A stretch of DNA of 63,941 nucleotides, filler included, from Collodictyon triciliatum (GCA_043381765.1; 10 parts of 9 records of this genome joined end to end with filler, not necessarily neighbours in it); one strand, 5' to 3'; shown: positions 29,835 through 44,363, numbered from the whole stretch's first letter. Notes: a model not told the origin generated them from the letters alone. Numbers and translations: made by a program.

Positions 29835-31205
29835 CTAGTTTATTTTCTCGCACGAAATGAAATGCATGTTTTCGTTGTAAACAAAGTGGGTCTGATGTGG
29901 ATGACATTGCTCCAGCTCCTTGATTCCATCCTCAATCTCCACATCAGAAAACTCGGAAAATACGGACCAAAAACGGTTCCGTATCATTCTGTACCATCTC
30001 CACTGTGTTTGATATGTGTCATGAATAAATAGCAAGAAAAATATACCGTGGGTATAGCGTAAATGAGAGCAATAATATCAGCCCAGAAAATGGTATGTGC
30101 CTTGGTGTTTATTGCGTACCTTTTCGATGCGGATGTTGAATTGAAGCAATTCGACCTGAACCTTGAAACCAGCGTCCTGAATCAACTGCAAGTGAGCCAA
30201 AACGTCAAAGGCAGACTCTTCCCTCTTCCTGTTTCGTTACATGAGAGTTCAAAATGATTATAGAGCCACAAAAAACCAAGACATGTCTTTTCTTTCATTT
30301 TCAGTCTGGTCATATGATATGTACCGTCGAGCAGCACTAAACAACGGATGTTCCATAGGATGCGGGGGCCGCGAAATAATCAGCATCTTCCCTCCGGCAC
30401 TCAGCGAGTCATACGCATGCTGAAAGAACGAAACCCTGTCTTCTGGCTTTATGTGGTGGACTACCTCCTTTAATAGAACAGCATCCACCCTCCTTCTTTT
30501 CATTTTCCAGAAATTCAACCCATCCACATTGACTGCCTGTATTCCTTCGCACCCGGCGCACTGTTTAATTTTTTAAAAAGAAAATTGTGTCAAAACAAAG
30601 AATTTTGTGCAAATAAGCGAGAACTAATAGGATATTAATATGCAGGTACCGATGTTCTCAGAGAAGCACTTATAAAAATACATCATTGTGCAATACTTCC
30701 TTGGAAAAAAATAACCCTCTAGATGGATTAGTCGTGATGGAAGCGTTACCAAATCCACTTAGTAATTATGGTACTTTGTAAAGTTAATCTTACATATTTG
30801 ATCATCTCTGTAGAAGGCTCCACACAAATCCAATCCTTCGTTGGTCTTGGAATTACCTTACTTCTGAGCGTTTTTATGAAAGTGCCAGTGCCTCCACCAA
30901 TGTCTACCAGGACGGTATCATGTCTTAGGCAGAGTCTTTTCCGAACCTTTTCAGTTTTTGCAAAAATAAAAAATAAAAAAAATCGGAAGAGAATGATTAC
31001 GGTAGGTCAGCCTCTTGGAACTCAAAGTTTTATATTCACATGTGCTTTCTGTGTGATATCTCATTAATGACGAATGATATCAAGCAACCATAACACTAAC
31101 CTCCTCTAATAGCCAACTCTGGTAGTCGCTGTTTGGCCTATCAAGACAAAGCTCGTCAAACTTGTTAGCGAGGCGCTGGTAGTGGGTGTTTGGGTTTTTG
31201 GACAT
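29835..31205 (-). CDS. Class I SAM-dependent methyltransferase (multi-exon)
   Basis: MSKNPNTHYQRLA..., LVDIGGGTG, CVEPSTEM, DAVLLKEVVHH, LSAGGKMLII, ending ...FISCEKIN*. Confidence 0.88.
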
Positions 31206-31600
31206 ATTCCTTGCCGCTTTGAAGTCTTCTATTAAGGCTGATATGGCTCGCCATTAATGCTGCTGTCTGTAACAAGTCCTGCCTGTATGGAACGTGATTT
31301 CCAAGTGCCTGGATATAATTCAATCCGTGTGCATATATACCGTATCGACAATACCTTAACAAAATCACCGCGATAGCTTCAATACATATGTCTCATTTTC
31401 TGAATTCCACATGTTTCAAAACATCCAGGGATTATCTTTTTTTTTTCTCTTTAAATCCCTAGGCCTTTTAATAGAACATGTTATGTTTTGAAACATCAGC
31501 GTAGATATCCATTCCCAACTCTCCTTTCTTCCACCAACTTCTAAATTTTCGATCAGACTAAAGTCTTCTTCCTCTTTGTGATTGCTCAATCCAAGGAAAT

Positions 31601-33285
31601 ATGGGACTCACTTTCTTGCAAATGTTAATTATGAAGGCGGAGAAGGTAGATATAGAGGATGCATATCATGGAAATCTCACTGTGGTGAATTCCTCTCTGA
31701 TTAATTTATGTATTTTATAACAATGAATAAATACATTTTAGTTGATGGAAGTCAAAAAAAAATGTCTGTTTTTCTGTTTTTTTTTCAGGCATACGATGTT
31801 ATATCGTACGATAAACTGTATTCTGTGTTCGTAGAAGGCAAGATTTTGACACAGAAAATGTTATCGATGAATTAGTGAGCGAGAGTGAACGGAACGAAAA
31901 GGCGCTTCCATCGAGCTTGAATGATTCGCTAATTGAATGAATCAAACGTGGAAACCACTCTTCTAATATTACTAGTGTTGAGAACGTTGTTTTTACCGTC
32001 AGAATCCAGTTTTTAGATTATAAACCATCTGAATTGAACACAGAAACGATGTTTCTAAAAAATATCGAGTAATACACCCTTCTTTTATTAACCAACTCAA
32101 TATTGCTGGTGATTAAAAATGCGAACGAGAAGTTTTATTCGGGCCATCGAAGAAATCTGCAAAAGTTTTCAACTCAAGCATGTAAAGACCGCCAGTACCT
32201 TGCTTTTGGTAAATCAATTAAAGGTGAATATTTTCATCGTGAAAATTGCCACTCCTTTCTTTGATAGATTTCTAATAAGCACATGTGATATTCTATAAAA
32301 CTGCAGATGTTATCAAACAAGATGAAAATGCGCAAAGCCAATCATGTGAAAAATCTTCCATAGAGAAGGCCGTTCAATTCGCATTCAAGGCGCGCCTTTT
32401 TCTTTTGTAACAAGGGCATGAATGAAATAAATAAAATTGGATACCTCCATAAATTTATACGATGGTTTGGAACAGGTGCAGAAAATGTTCTCTGAAATTG
32501 AAGTAAATCAAAGGAATGTCGGAGTTTCCAAAGGAATTGATGCAGGGAAAGTATTATATGGCTTCATTGGCAAGGAAAAGAGTTTTATCAGAAAATATCA
32601 TAGTTTATGAGTTATTGAGAACATTCCGTTTTAAAATCAACTAAAAAAACGGGATAACCAGGAAGCGAGAAATTCCTTTACGATTCCTTCGGAGTTCCAG
32701 GTACTAAAGTCACACACCAATCATTCAAACTTTTTGGAAAAATGTAGTTTATTTAATGCTCTCGTTTATCTGCAGTTTCAAAGAGCGTTCAAATTGCTTC
32801 AAGTGCGCCAGCTGGAGCCATAATTGCTTGACTTTATTAGCTGCTATTTATAATACAAAATCTTCAATAATATTGTGCTACATATTGGACATTAACGCCA
32901 TGTGAATATGGGATTTTCCTTGCAGGTTATTGAGGATATTGTGGAATCTCTAAAACCCCTGAAAATCTTAGAGCTGAACCCGTTTCCATCAGTAAAGGCA
33001 AAGCTCTGTGGCGACACAAAACTATATCGAATCACTAATGTGTCCGATGTGTTGTGTTCCTTCATTCGAAAAGTAGATAGGTTCGACGGTACCTCGCCCC
33101 AAAGACTACTCGAACCAGATACAGAACCTCTAAATATCATCGAAATCTATACTATGATGGCTATGACTAGTTTCACAGTCAGCTCTTGTGTTTCTGTGCT
33201 TTTATTCTGCGGGATAAATGAAAATCAACCTAAAAATAATGACCCCTGTTTTTACAGCTTTAAAGGGGCAACCAAGGATAGCTAA
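31601..33285 (+). CDS. Hypothetical multi-exon protein
   Basis: A chain of short AG/GT(GC)-bounded open segments ends in the exon VIEDIVESLKPLKILEL...GATKDS*. The start is uncertain. Confidence 0.5.
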
Positions 33286-33639
33286 ATGTCATTTGACTTA
33301 TGATTCGGTGGCAATTTATTTGTTCTGTTTTTGTTTTGTTTTGTTTTGTTTTCTTTTCTTTTCTTTTCTTTTCTTTTCTTTTCTTTTCTTTTTCTTCCAT
33401 TCCTTCCCCTGGCACAGTATTTATATGTTCTAGGATTGTTGTTGAAATGTATGTTGCTGTTGGGCAATGCTACATCGACTATGCTTGTACTTAAGTCTCA
33501 TAAACACAAGAGATATGCAACTGCTCCTTCGGGTTATTCAATCATATTCGAATATTTGCTTTATTGCGATATTGTAAATAAATATCAGAGTATTACTAGC
33601 AGAATAACGTGAGAAAATCAAAACACACAAAAAGACCCA

Positions 33640-34610
33640 ATGAGTGCGATTCTCCGTCGTGACATCGGACGCGCACAATAGTTTGTATTCAAACGAGGTC
33701 AATTTATCCTTATTTCTGGGGCAGCCGCGCTGTGGCCGGAACCTACTTACATATTATTACGTAAAAGAAAAGAAAAAAGCAAAGCCTAAAGATAAACATC
33801 TAGAGTTAAATGCAAATAATTCGACAAATATACTATTGCAGTTATTGCATAGTTGTGCTCGTACCATCCTTTGAGTCTCCATTGCCCGATGAATGTCCGA
33901 AAGACGAATTACGATTTCTGAACCAGGATTAAACCACATAAAAGTTGTTTAGGACATACAAATCATGAGCAAAGGTCTCACCCAGAGTGGGGTATGAAAT
34001 ACATATTAGATTTATTTAATAACTATAGAAAAGAAATACAAGCCCTACCGTGGAGAAACAACGCGCTTGATTGAAGGTGGCTGGTTGCTAGACTGTTCAT
34101 CCTGTTCTTGAACTATCTTTGTCAACGGCTTCAGCGTTCGCGTTTGCCCACCTCTACTGCCTTCATATATAAAAGATAAGTAAATAGGAAGTGCTACTAG
34201 TTGGGTATAAAAAACAATTTTAATTCAATTAAATATTCAAACATAAACATGCGCGGTCGTTTTGTGTGTTTTTCCTCAACATTTTGAAATAGTATACTTG
34301 GCAAGGCATTCGCAGCAGACATGGAGTTTGGTGGTTGTTGCCCTGACTGAACTCGTGGTGATGGAGTGATTGTGGATAATTTGTTATCTGGCTTTAATCT
34401 GTTGTGCGAGATTGGTCCCAGGGTCGATTGAGAGTACGGAGAAATATAATGTTGGCCTTTTCCTTCACTCCCTAAACGTGGCCTATGTACGAGGTTGTAT
34501 GAGCATAAAGTATCTGGCTGATGCGGTAATGATGAGCTGTGAAGGACGCATGATTTCAACATTCAAATAATACGTGGGTCCAGCCATGTTAAACGATTCA
34601 GCCATTGGGT
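33640..34610 (-). CDS. Hypothetical protein exons (S/P-rich region, possible PH/GRAM-like segment)
   Basis: Exon-like segments SPYSQSTLGP..., KPLTKIVQEQ..., FMWFNPGSEIVIRLSDIHRAME. Boundaries are unresolved. Confidence 0.3.
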
Positions 34611-35951
34611 TGCGTGACGTATAAACCCGTGTTGAAGCAGGAGGGTGGAAATGATGTTCTTGCTATGTAGGAAAATGGGATTAATGTTGATCAACTTGTG
34701 CTATACTATTTTTTTTCTCTCATTTATTTGATTCAAGGGAAGAGGTCATATAGATGCCGAGCGACATGATAGTATTTTTAGAGGGCGCTTTGGATAATGA
34801 TTCATCAGCAAGATATGTGATTGCTTACATGTTTATCAGATGATACACTCCTTAAGTCTATGGGGTTTATTTTGATATCGCCAACATATCTATCAAAAGT
34901 ATATATAAAATTGTGAATAGGTCGATTTATTTTTATTTTGAAAGCATCCCAATTTATTACATCAAGATGGGGAAAGCTAGATGCTCACTATATTGGATAT
35001 ATGTTAGTAATGATGTGTTTGATGGGTTAATTTAATCTACTTTTGCATTAACGACACAAGGTCTCCTTGAAATACTTTTCTTATCTGCTTGAAAAAAGCG
35101 CTCAAGCGTATCTCGAGTTGAGGCTTTGATATTGCTTGTGATGCAACTATGTCCTCTACTTCGTGCTTGTATGTCTGAAAGAATTATAGTTGCCTACCAT
35201 TAGAAGGGGCTGCAGATATTGACGAGAACGATAGAACCAGTATTTCCAAGAGAGAATACATTCGAGTTGTATAATTACAGATTTAAAAAATACTTTAAGG
35301 TTCACTAGAAAGTTTATCTTTTCAAGCTCCTTCATAATAGGGGCATATTCGGATACTGCACTAAGCGCATTACGATCTGGAAGCTTCGATGCTGCTCGTA
35401 TCGATGTTATTATTCAATTTAGAGCGTTTCAGATGGAGTAAGTGAGGGTATAAAATCTGCAATACGAATCAATAGCAAGATTGGTATTAGGAATTACATG
35501 GTGTCACCCCACGAGCGAAGGCTTGGATATCAGATGCGAATGTGCTAGGAAACACAGAAATGAAATAAAATTATTTTCGAAAATAATCCAAGTATTTTTG
35601 CTCGTTTACCTTTTTTTCTTTTGCTCTCTTTACTTTGATTTTTATTTTATTTTATTTTATTTATCTTTATTTTATTTATCTTTTTATTTATCTTTTTATT
35701 TATCTTTTTATTTATCTTTTTATTTATCTTTTTATTTATCTTTTTATTTATCTTTTTATTTATCTTTTTATTTATCTTTTTATTTATCTTNNNNNNNNNN
35801 NNNNNNNNNNNNNNNNNNNNNNNNNNNNNNNNNNTTAATTAATTAANNNNNNNNNNNNNNNNNNNNNNNNNNNNNNNNNNNNNNNNNNNNAAAAAAAAAA
35901 TATTTTTTTTATTTTTTTTAAAAAAAAAAAAATTTAAATATAAATTATTTA

Positions 35952-35995
<44 letters not shown>

Positions 35996-36033
35996 TATCA
36001 ATTTTGTCTTGACTATTATCTAATTTTCAAAAG

Positions 36034-37926
36034 GTCATCGCCCACTGCATGGGTGCGATAACTTTTGCACTGTCTATATGTTCAAAGGCACTCAATCCCA
36101 ACCTCGTCCAATCATTCGTATCACTTGGTTCAGCTTTCACATTTTCGGACAAGCCATTAAATAATCATCGATTGATTGGGTTATGGAAGAAGGTTACCCA
36201 ACATTTTAACACCAAAACTTTTCCATGATTGATGGCCTTCATAAAAAAAAAAAGTTCAGAAATTGTCAACTTGTGAGAAGATGCTGGACTTTAAACTTTT
36301 TTGTCAAATGGTGAAATAAAATAAAATAAAATAGGCCACTATCGATTATCATGAAAACCAGCCGGCTGATATGAAAGCAGAAATCTCACAAAGGTTTTTT
36401 TTTTAGTTTAAGAATATGTCTAATTGATCATTTATTATTCCTCTCAGTTTATGAAAGGCGTTTATCAATAAATAATGTTTAATATGTAATAATGATAAAA
36501 TAAATCATTTGCTAGAACCGAACCATTCATAACACACCATTAATCCTTTTATTGATTTCTAATCTCTGAAAGATGACCCTCTTTTTTTTCTTTCTTTTTT
36601 TTTTTAAGAATAATAATATTCAATTGGATATGGAATCCAGATATGCTGATGTTCTAAAGTCCGAGGGATGCACAAATCTGGAGCAGAGACTTGGATTAAT
36701 GCGCGCAACGTTCCAGGCTGTCTATGAAGCTGATAACGTTAGTATTTACATGAAACAAATATGAATAGGTTAAAAGTGAGAATCTGAAAAGGGCATGTGG
36801 TTTCTTCATTCTCATATGCCTCTAATTATAACCCGAACTTTTTTTTTTATTGTATGGTTATAAATGAATCATTCTTTCAGATTAATAGAGAGACCAGTGA
36901 GATAATGCCGGAGCTCTTTGGTGACATCGATGCATATGAACTCTTGCCTATCACCCATTGGATTTCTTTAGGGAAAGTGGTCGATGGGTCTGTATTGGAT
37001 TAAAATGGTGGTTTCTTTTCAATCATTCCTGTTCATTTCTGAATTTGATATAGTGAGAAGCTACCTGTTCAGGATTCTTTCAAAGATTGTAAATTTCCGA
37101 CGTTTTTTATTTGCGGAGAGCAAGACAAGGTACACTGCACACTGGTGCTATCGGATGCTGTTCCTTTCCTATTGATGTGTTCCTTTTGGATAATAGAGAC
37201 AAATAGATTTTCTATTTTGGCAAAATATAACCATATCCACTTTTTTCTTTTCCGTTCAGGTGTTTGAACACGATTGGGCAATTCGAAGTGCCCAAGAAGT
37301 CAATAGCTTCCTGCAAGCGCCTGTAGCCTTATCGATAAAGCCAAACTACGGTCACACAGTAGGAAGAATATATCATTAGCAAATCCTAATATGAATATTG
37401 AATCATTCAGTCCACCGACCAGTATCAAATTTTGCAGGATATTGTCATTGGGCGAAAGGCATACATCGACATATTCCCACACATATTTGAGTTTCTGGAG
37501 ACCCCAGAAAAAGTCGCGCAGCGCTTCCCAGTCCCCGAGTATGTAGCACCGAGTTTACCTCAAATTCCTCCATCATTCAGCATCCAGGAGAGTGGCATTG
37601 CTGGAAGCGAAGCACCAAACACAGATGATGATGGGACAGACGAAACCGCACCGACAAAAATATCCGATTCTGGTGTCTACAAGGATGATGCGAGAGTCAA
37701 AGTGGCCAGTACCTCACACGCTAATCCAAGTGGTCGCGATGCTCAACAGGAGACCTATGCGCGCCCAAATCATGACGATGGAATCGAGCTGAAGACTAGG
37801 AAGAGCTCACCTGAGCAGAACGAAGAAGCTGGCACCAGCGTCTCAGACCCGCCCCAGATTCTGCCCCCTCCGCCTTCATCATCAAAATCGGCCTCGAAAA
37901 TCAGTCGTTGCTGTGTTTTGTCGTAA
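36034..37926 (+). CDS. Alpha/beta-hydrolase of the type fused to cholesterol oxidase-like GMC enzymes; 5'-partial; C-terminal CaaX
   Basis: VIAHCMG nucleophile elbow, FFICGEQD, YGHT-DIVIGRKAYIDIFPHIFEFL, then a disordered tail ending RCCVLS*. Confidence 0.75.
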
Positions 37927-38226
37927 GACTATGAACGGGCAGGGCTCTTGCTATCGTCTTACCCCTCTTTCTTTTCTCCTTTCTTGATTACAGTCCACCC
38001 TCAACACTCGTGGATGAGGAGGAAAGAAAAGGATCGCTTTGGATTGCATCGTCGTTCAATAAAAAAAATAAATCTTTCTGATGGCTTCACACATCGCTTA
38101 TGCACAAGCTTGCATGAAATCTAACGCGTTGAAACCTCACTGCGGCTCTCAACCCACTAAAAGATAACTCAAAAGACCAGGATATTAAATTCTGACAGCA
38201 GTTCAACACTATTTATTTTTGATATT

Positions 38227-40231
38227 TTATGATTGACCTTCTTGTTCGTTTGTGTCTTCATGGTCTGTAGCGTCTTGATAGTCATCGTCAGTGGTCCAGT
38301 CCTCCTCGTCTGTGAAGAAGGTGTCAGAATTGCTGTCATCATTTTGGTCATCTGACGAAGGGAGAGGAACCAGCGGTGGAAATAACCCGAGGCTTTGGGT
38401 GTGGTTGGGTTGGGGCACATCTACTTCCTCATTTTCAAGTTCGACTTGCGTATTAGTATCTGCAGGTTGCTTTGGTCTCGCTCTGTCCCGTACATCCGAC
38501 CCGATAAAGTCCTCTGCCTACGAAATGGTAATTTGTTATTTGCCTCGTGTTAATGTGCGTTATTCAATAGCGTGCAATTACGCAGCGCCAGCAGAGAGAG
38601 AAGCACCCATAATGTGCATTATTTTTCATAAGCAATACTCGTATGACAGACATTGGTAAAACCATGGTGCGCATGAACGAAAAATATTAATAAAGACAAA
38701 GACAAAGACAAAGACAAAAACAAAAACAAAGACAAAGACAAAAACAAAGGCAAAAAACAAAAAACAAAAAACAAAGGCAAAAAAAACAAAAAACAAAAAA
38801 CAGAAAAAAAACAGAAAAAAAACAGAAATCACTTCTCTGTGCCCCATGTTGTCTGTTACGAAAGAGTGAGAAAAAATGCAAGATTTGGTTCCGTACTTAC
38901 CAGAAGTGACGTATGTGATGATGACTCCCCATTCTGAATGCGACGCACCAATTGCATTACCCAGTGCCGACTCTCAGGCTCGTGTCCGTTTCTTTTCCAG
39001 CTCTGAGCGGTTCGATACGTCCAATTATAATCGTTGCCGAGTAGTGCGTTCACAGTGTCCTACATCAAGATATTTACGCATATACATGTGCGAATTCTAC
39101 AAATCTTTGGCTACATCATAACACAGAAAACCTCATGGCTGAGAGCAATAAAAACACATAAAATAAAAGGATGAGGATGATTTAATATAAATACTCCTTA
39201 AGGTTTAAACCTTGCAAGATGGATGAAACTGATCGGAGGATAAGCAACAATGATATATGGCGTCAAAAGAAAGATATTCTTTGGGTATGAATAAAATCGC
39301 TGTATCAGACATTACAACCTTCCCCGAGATTGGAATCATCGGTTCAGAATGCAAATGAACCTATAAAAATACATTTCCAATCACATTAAGAATGATAGAG
39401 CGATCATTAACCACTTCATTTTCCAGAAAACTCCAGCGTAAGGTTTGTCATGAGCACGAGAATTAGTCTTGGTAAGAATTTGATTTATACAAATTGCATG
39501 CTCAGGATAAACCTTTAAAGCTGACGTTAAACTTCCCGTAGCCGCCAATCGAACGGGCTCGTGAAAGCGGACACCTATTATTGCCTTGGTAGATATCCCC
39601 TGCATTGCTGGGTCGGGATTAAGCTCACATATGGGGAGTGGAGGATACATGGTTTTTGGAGCAACAGCGCTAGATTTCAGACCCTGTCCCTAAAGTAGTT
39701 TGATATTTCAAATGCTATGATTTTTCACAACAAAAGTGGCAATGGATAAAACGACATAATGTCACTTTCCTCCCCTTTGGCTCTCGACCTGAAGTCAGCA
39801 CCTCATAATGTATATGAATATGAACACAAAAAACACATAAAGTACATATTTGACTGGATGTGTTTCTTACCTTTAAAAGATATACATATGTACAAAATAT
39901 GCTCCTTGTTATTTTTCTCGGTTTTTGTAATGTGGTGAACAAAAGAAATCAATAAATTATCCGGTACATTCTCGCGATAAGTATTTGTACATGCCTTAGT
40001 TTCTTTCTTTCCATAATTAAATTTTATTTTATTCATCCTTGAATTTTATATCTATATCATAGAGGGTGATATGAACTCACTTGGAACAGAATCATACAAT
40101 GAATAGTGGATCCATATGTAACTTTCTGCACCTTCAAGGGCAGATGCCCTTGGATCTTGCGTGTTCGATAGATTAAACTGAGTTTTCTCTCAGCAACAAA
40201 ACGATTCTCGCTTATTTGTTTAATAAAATCC
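38227..40231 (-). CDS. Protein with SbsA/Big_5-type Ig-like domain and acidic tail; 5'-partial
   Basis: IGVRFHEPV...ISGKVVMSDTAILFIPKEYLSFDAIYHCCL...LLGNDYNWTYRT, followed by a D/E-rich C-terminus. Confidence 0.6.
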
Positions 40232-40518
40232 CTAAAAATGTAATTCTGAGATTCATAATCATTTTTGTGAAGATGGCATAGATCTATTGAAGATTGCAGT
40301 AGTGATTGCTGACATCAGACTTTCTCTGTTTCTTCCATACACTTCCACACGCATAAAAAAAAAAAGTAATATGAATTTGAAGGGATTACTAACGATCCAA
40401 GCATATTCAAGTCCACAGGAACCATAATTCTCTTCCCAGTTAAAACTATGACATATACTTCTTTTCGAACCCTGATTAAAAATGTATGCTGTATTAACTT
40501 ACACATCTTTCGGTTGCT

Positions 40519-40618
<100 letters not shown>

Positions 40619-40722
40619 CAGGNNNNNNNNNNNNNNNNNNNNNNNNNNNNNNNNNNNNNNNNNNNNTTAATTAATTAANNNNNNNNNNNNNNNNNNNNNN
40701 NNNNNNNNNNNNNNNNNNNNNN

Positions 40723-40810
<88 letters not shown>

Positions 40811-40849
40811 TAATAACAATAACAATAATAATAACAATAATAATAAAAC

Positions 40850-41188
40850 CATATGTGTTGAAAAGCGGCCCTCCATGAACCCGACTTTATATTTTGAATA
40901 TTTTTGTCTTCGTCCCACAAACTGCAATAATAAGACTTCCAGAGAGAGTCATCATATGTGATCCTAAACGAAGATATAAAAAGGGGCGTGATACGTCAAA
41001 AAGTAAAGTGACACCCTTCAATAGCAAGTTTAATAGAGGAAATCAAATTGTATATCAATAAAAAAAAAAAAAAAGCGTGATCCTCACCGCGCCCAACGCC
41101 TGGACACCAAAGCGACATTGGGGATACTGAAAATATCCAAGTAGGATAGCACTTTCCATATAACCTCGCTTGGAAGTTGGTCGAGCAT
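40850..41188 (-). CDS. F-box protein, first two exons (3'-partial)
   Basis: MLDQLPSEVIWKVLSYLDIFSIPNVALVSRRWAR|ITYDDSLWKSYY. Confidence 0.85.
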
Positions 41189-41944
41189 GGTGACAGTCTT
41201 CTGGCAAACGAAAAGCTGTGACAGTTCAGAGCCGGCAAACCAGGTCCTTTGAAAAGCAAAAACCATTTAAAACATAAACATCAAGGAATGAGAATGATGA
41301 TGACGACGATGCTGCTGGTAATAATAATAATAAAAAAAACAAAAAAAATGTTAAAAATGATAAAAATTATCTTTGAACCGAATAAAGGAAAACAATGATA
41401 ATAGGGGACAGTTTGAAACATCAGCAAAAGAGAAAAGCAAGCAATCCGAAGCAGGAGACTAAAAGGCCGTCAGCGCATCGAACAGGATTATGAAAAGGAA
41501 TGAAATCAAAACACACACGATCACACAATCAACCAGCAAGACAGAGGGGAGTGCTGATGCCAAAATAGTCACATATTTTGCAATTATGGTTTTCGATAGC
41601 AGCGGTACGAATATGGGTAAATGACATCTGTGCTGCTTTGCTCGTTTAAGGAGCACTTCGACCACAACATCTCGGTTTCGCTGGGGGAGAAGGGACAACA
41701 TCCTCGCCAACAAGCTGTCACTCGATTCCCTATTCCCCACACGAGTATAAATGACTCAGCCTCCTTGCAAGGGTCGTAAGTGAAACTCGCATCATACAAA
41801 AGGAAAGGTTCTGAAGTCTGGGCAACAACGGTCAGGATGTGGGGTATCTTTAGCCGCGTGGGTAGGATGGTGGTTCTCCTTGAACCTGGGCGTGCAAACG
41901 GCAAACTCACCTGCAGTAAAACCAATAGGATACGGCAAACAGCT

Positions 41945-44363
41945 ATGGAGGACTTAGAGTCGAGGTATTCGGTCATGTGCGTCGTATGCGAGGAGTCTTT
42001 TCATTGCTCTTTGGTGGCCTGCAAATGCGGTGTCGTATTCTGCACTCAATGCTTCCAAACCAAGCAGTCCAGCGACATTAGTGAGCAAGGCGCGTTTTGG
42101 TGCCTAGCCTGCTTATCTTACAAAGTTATAAAATGCGATACGCCTGAGTGCTCTCCACGTTCATATCCTGTAATCCATTATTCTACCGATCGTTCATCAG
42201 ATACGCCGAAAACAGATTCTGCAGAGTCAACTTCGTCCGAGTATGCATCGTTACATTCACACTACATCTGCCGTTGATTAATATTCCATAATAAAGATTT
42301 CTTTAAAAAATAAATATATAAAAAAATAATAATTATAAGATATCAATTGGTTCACCAAATAGGGACAGCCAGATAGGTGAGGCCGCCTCTAATTATGAAC
42401 AGGCATTGCTCCACACCAGGTGAGATGAGTAATTTTACCCCCCACTTTCTGTGTGACCGACAAAATCGAGCTGTAAATCCTTATTCGGCTTCCTCATCCA
42501 GTTCAGAACCGTCTCATAGCCCAGAAGATATCGAGACTCTTATATCAAATCTGGAGCACAATATCGGCGTAATGACTAGTTGCGAATCCGAGCTATCTCC
42601 GATTGTAGAAGATGTAAGTGCATTTATTGCATGGCTCTGGCCAAGGAATATTATTTTTATACAAGAAAACTGAAACAAAAAGAGGGAAAACACCCTCACC
42701 TTCTGAGAACAGTATTCAGATTTCCTATGGAGCAACATAATCGTACTATTTTCTAGATTTCTGCTCCTTTCTGCTACTGATAAATTTATATTAAGATTGA
42801 CGAGATGTTTAAAAATCATCGAAACGCGATACAAAATTTATATCAAGAACATAAAAAGGAACTTGAGGATGTTATAACCCGTATTGATGAAAATTTTCGG
42901 CAAATTGATAAAAAGGTTAACATTGTTATGTTTGCAAAACTTCAAGAGAAATGAATCACTGATTTTTCGTCTTCCTAAGAATATTAAAAAAAAACTTTGT
43001 TAATATGCTACAAGATGACTTTTAATAATCCTAGATGATGAAATTTTTTACGGAAACATTCTCGGATTTAAAAAAAGATGTGGAAAAAATGGCACAATTT
43101 ATACATTTGAGTACCAAGCTGTTAGAGAAGCTAAAATCCCTGAACCAACCCAAGTCTACCAGTGGGACTGATGCAAAAGCCAATGCCCAACGTGTTGCTC
43201 ATAAATTCAAGGTGGAAAAACTCAACAATGAGACTCTCAAAAAATTACTCAGTGATAATAGTTTGATACAGCGATCTTTTAATGAGGAGAGGAGACTTCG
43301 GAATCACAAGCTGGCACCCTTTCAGGAAATCCAAACAAGTAAGAAACATTACGTAACTATCAGGACTCATTTTCGAAAAATCGATGATATCATGTGGAAA
43401 GTGAGAACTCCTTTATTACCAGAATTTGAGTGGGGGCCGTCAATGCGTGCTCCGCGCTCATTTAGTTACAATATTCGAGAAGCTGTGCGCATCCTCACGA
43501 ATAGCCTTGATGGTGCAATGCGAGCCCATATGAAAACTGAGGAACTGAAATTTCATTCTTTCTGTTTCGTAGACCAAACGATGTTCTGCCTGGAGAAGAC
43601 TAATAGGATTATATTAAAAATGCGAATCACAAGAGATCCAAGCTTTAAAATCATAAAAATTGACAAAGTTGTTCCATTGCACATGACAGAAGCTAGAACT
43701 CCCATACAAATAAGAAGCTTCAAGAGCAACGCTGGTAGTGTGGTTTTAGTTGTGATCATAAAAGAGACCGCTGAAATATATACATTTGACCGGAACCTCC
43801 AACTAATGCAAACATTCCCTGGAGTGGGAGATACCTCTTGTGTTACTTTCGGAACTGATGGGGAACTTTATGTTGCAAGTCGCGATAAATCCAGAGATCA
43901 CATCTTGCGCTTTGCTATTGAGAAAGGGGACGACCAACCGATTAATTACCATACAAAACCTGCCTCAATCCGACTTGAGGGGGTAAATGGGATTGAATGG
44001 GCGGTTTTTACCAAAGATCGCAACCTCGCTCTCATAACACCATCTCATAAGGTCACCTCCTCGCTTCGGGTGTATGATTTACAAGGCGAGCTTTTACAAG
44101 ACGCCCCTATAAAAAAGGAGTCGAAAGGAAGTGTAACTCAGCTTTTTCAGAGCCCAGCCCGTGATATATGCTGTCTTGTTTCAGGAAAACCTCCATGTTT
44201 GTATGTGTGGAGAAAGTTGGAAATCGAGAACCCCTTCATCATCGAACTCCCCTGTGATGAAAACAAGGGACTACAGGAGGTATCATTCGTCGCAGATGCC
44301 GAGCTTCTAGTGGGTTATACAGACGATACTTTCCAATATATTTCACTATCATCGACGAGGTAA
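41945..44363 (+). CDS. Zn-finger (RING-like) + B-box-like/coiled-coil + beta-propeller protein, TRIM-NHL-like
   Basis: CVVC..CKC..FCTQC..CLAC, heptad-rich middle exons, and a 442-aa last exon with propeller-like repeats (VTFGTDGELYVAS, LRVYDLQGELL). Confidence 0.6.

Noticed and set aside
34700-35600. Possible 5' exons of the alpha/beta hydrolase
   Set aside because: They lie on a different contig, the expected N-terminal hydrolase motifs were not found and the strand is ambiguous.
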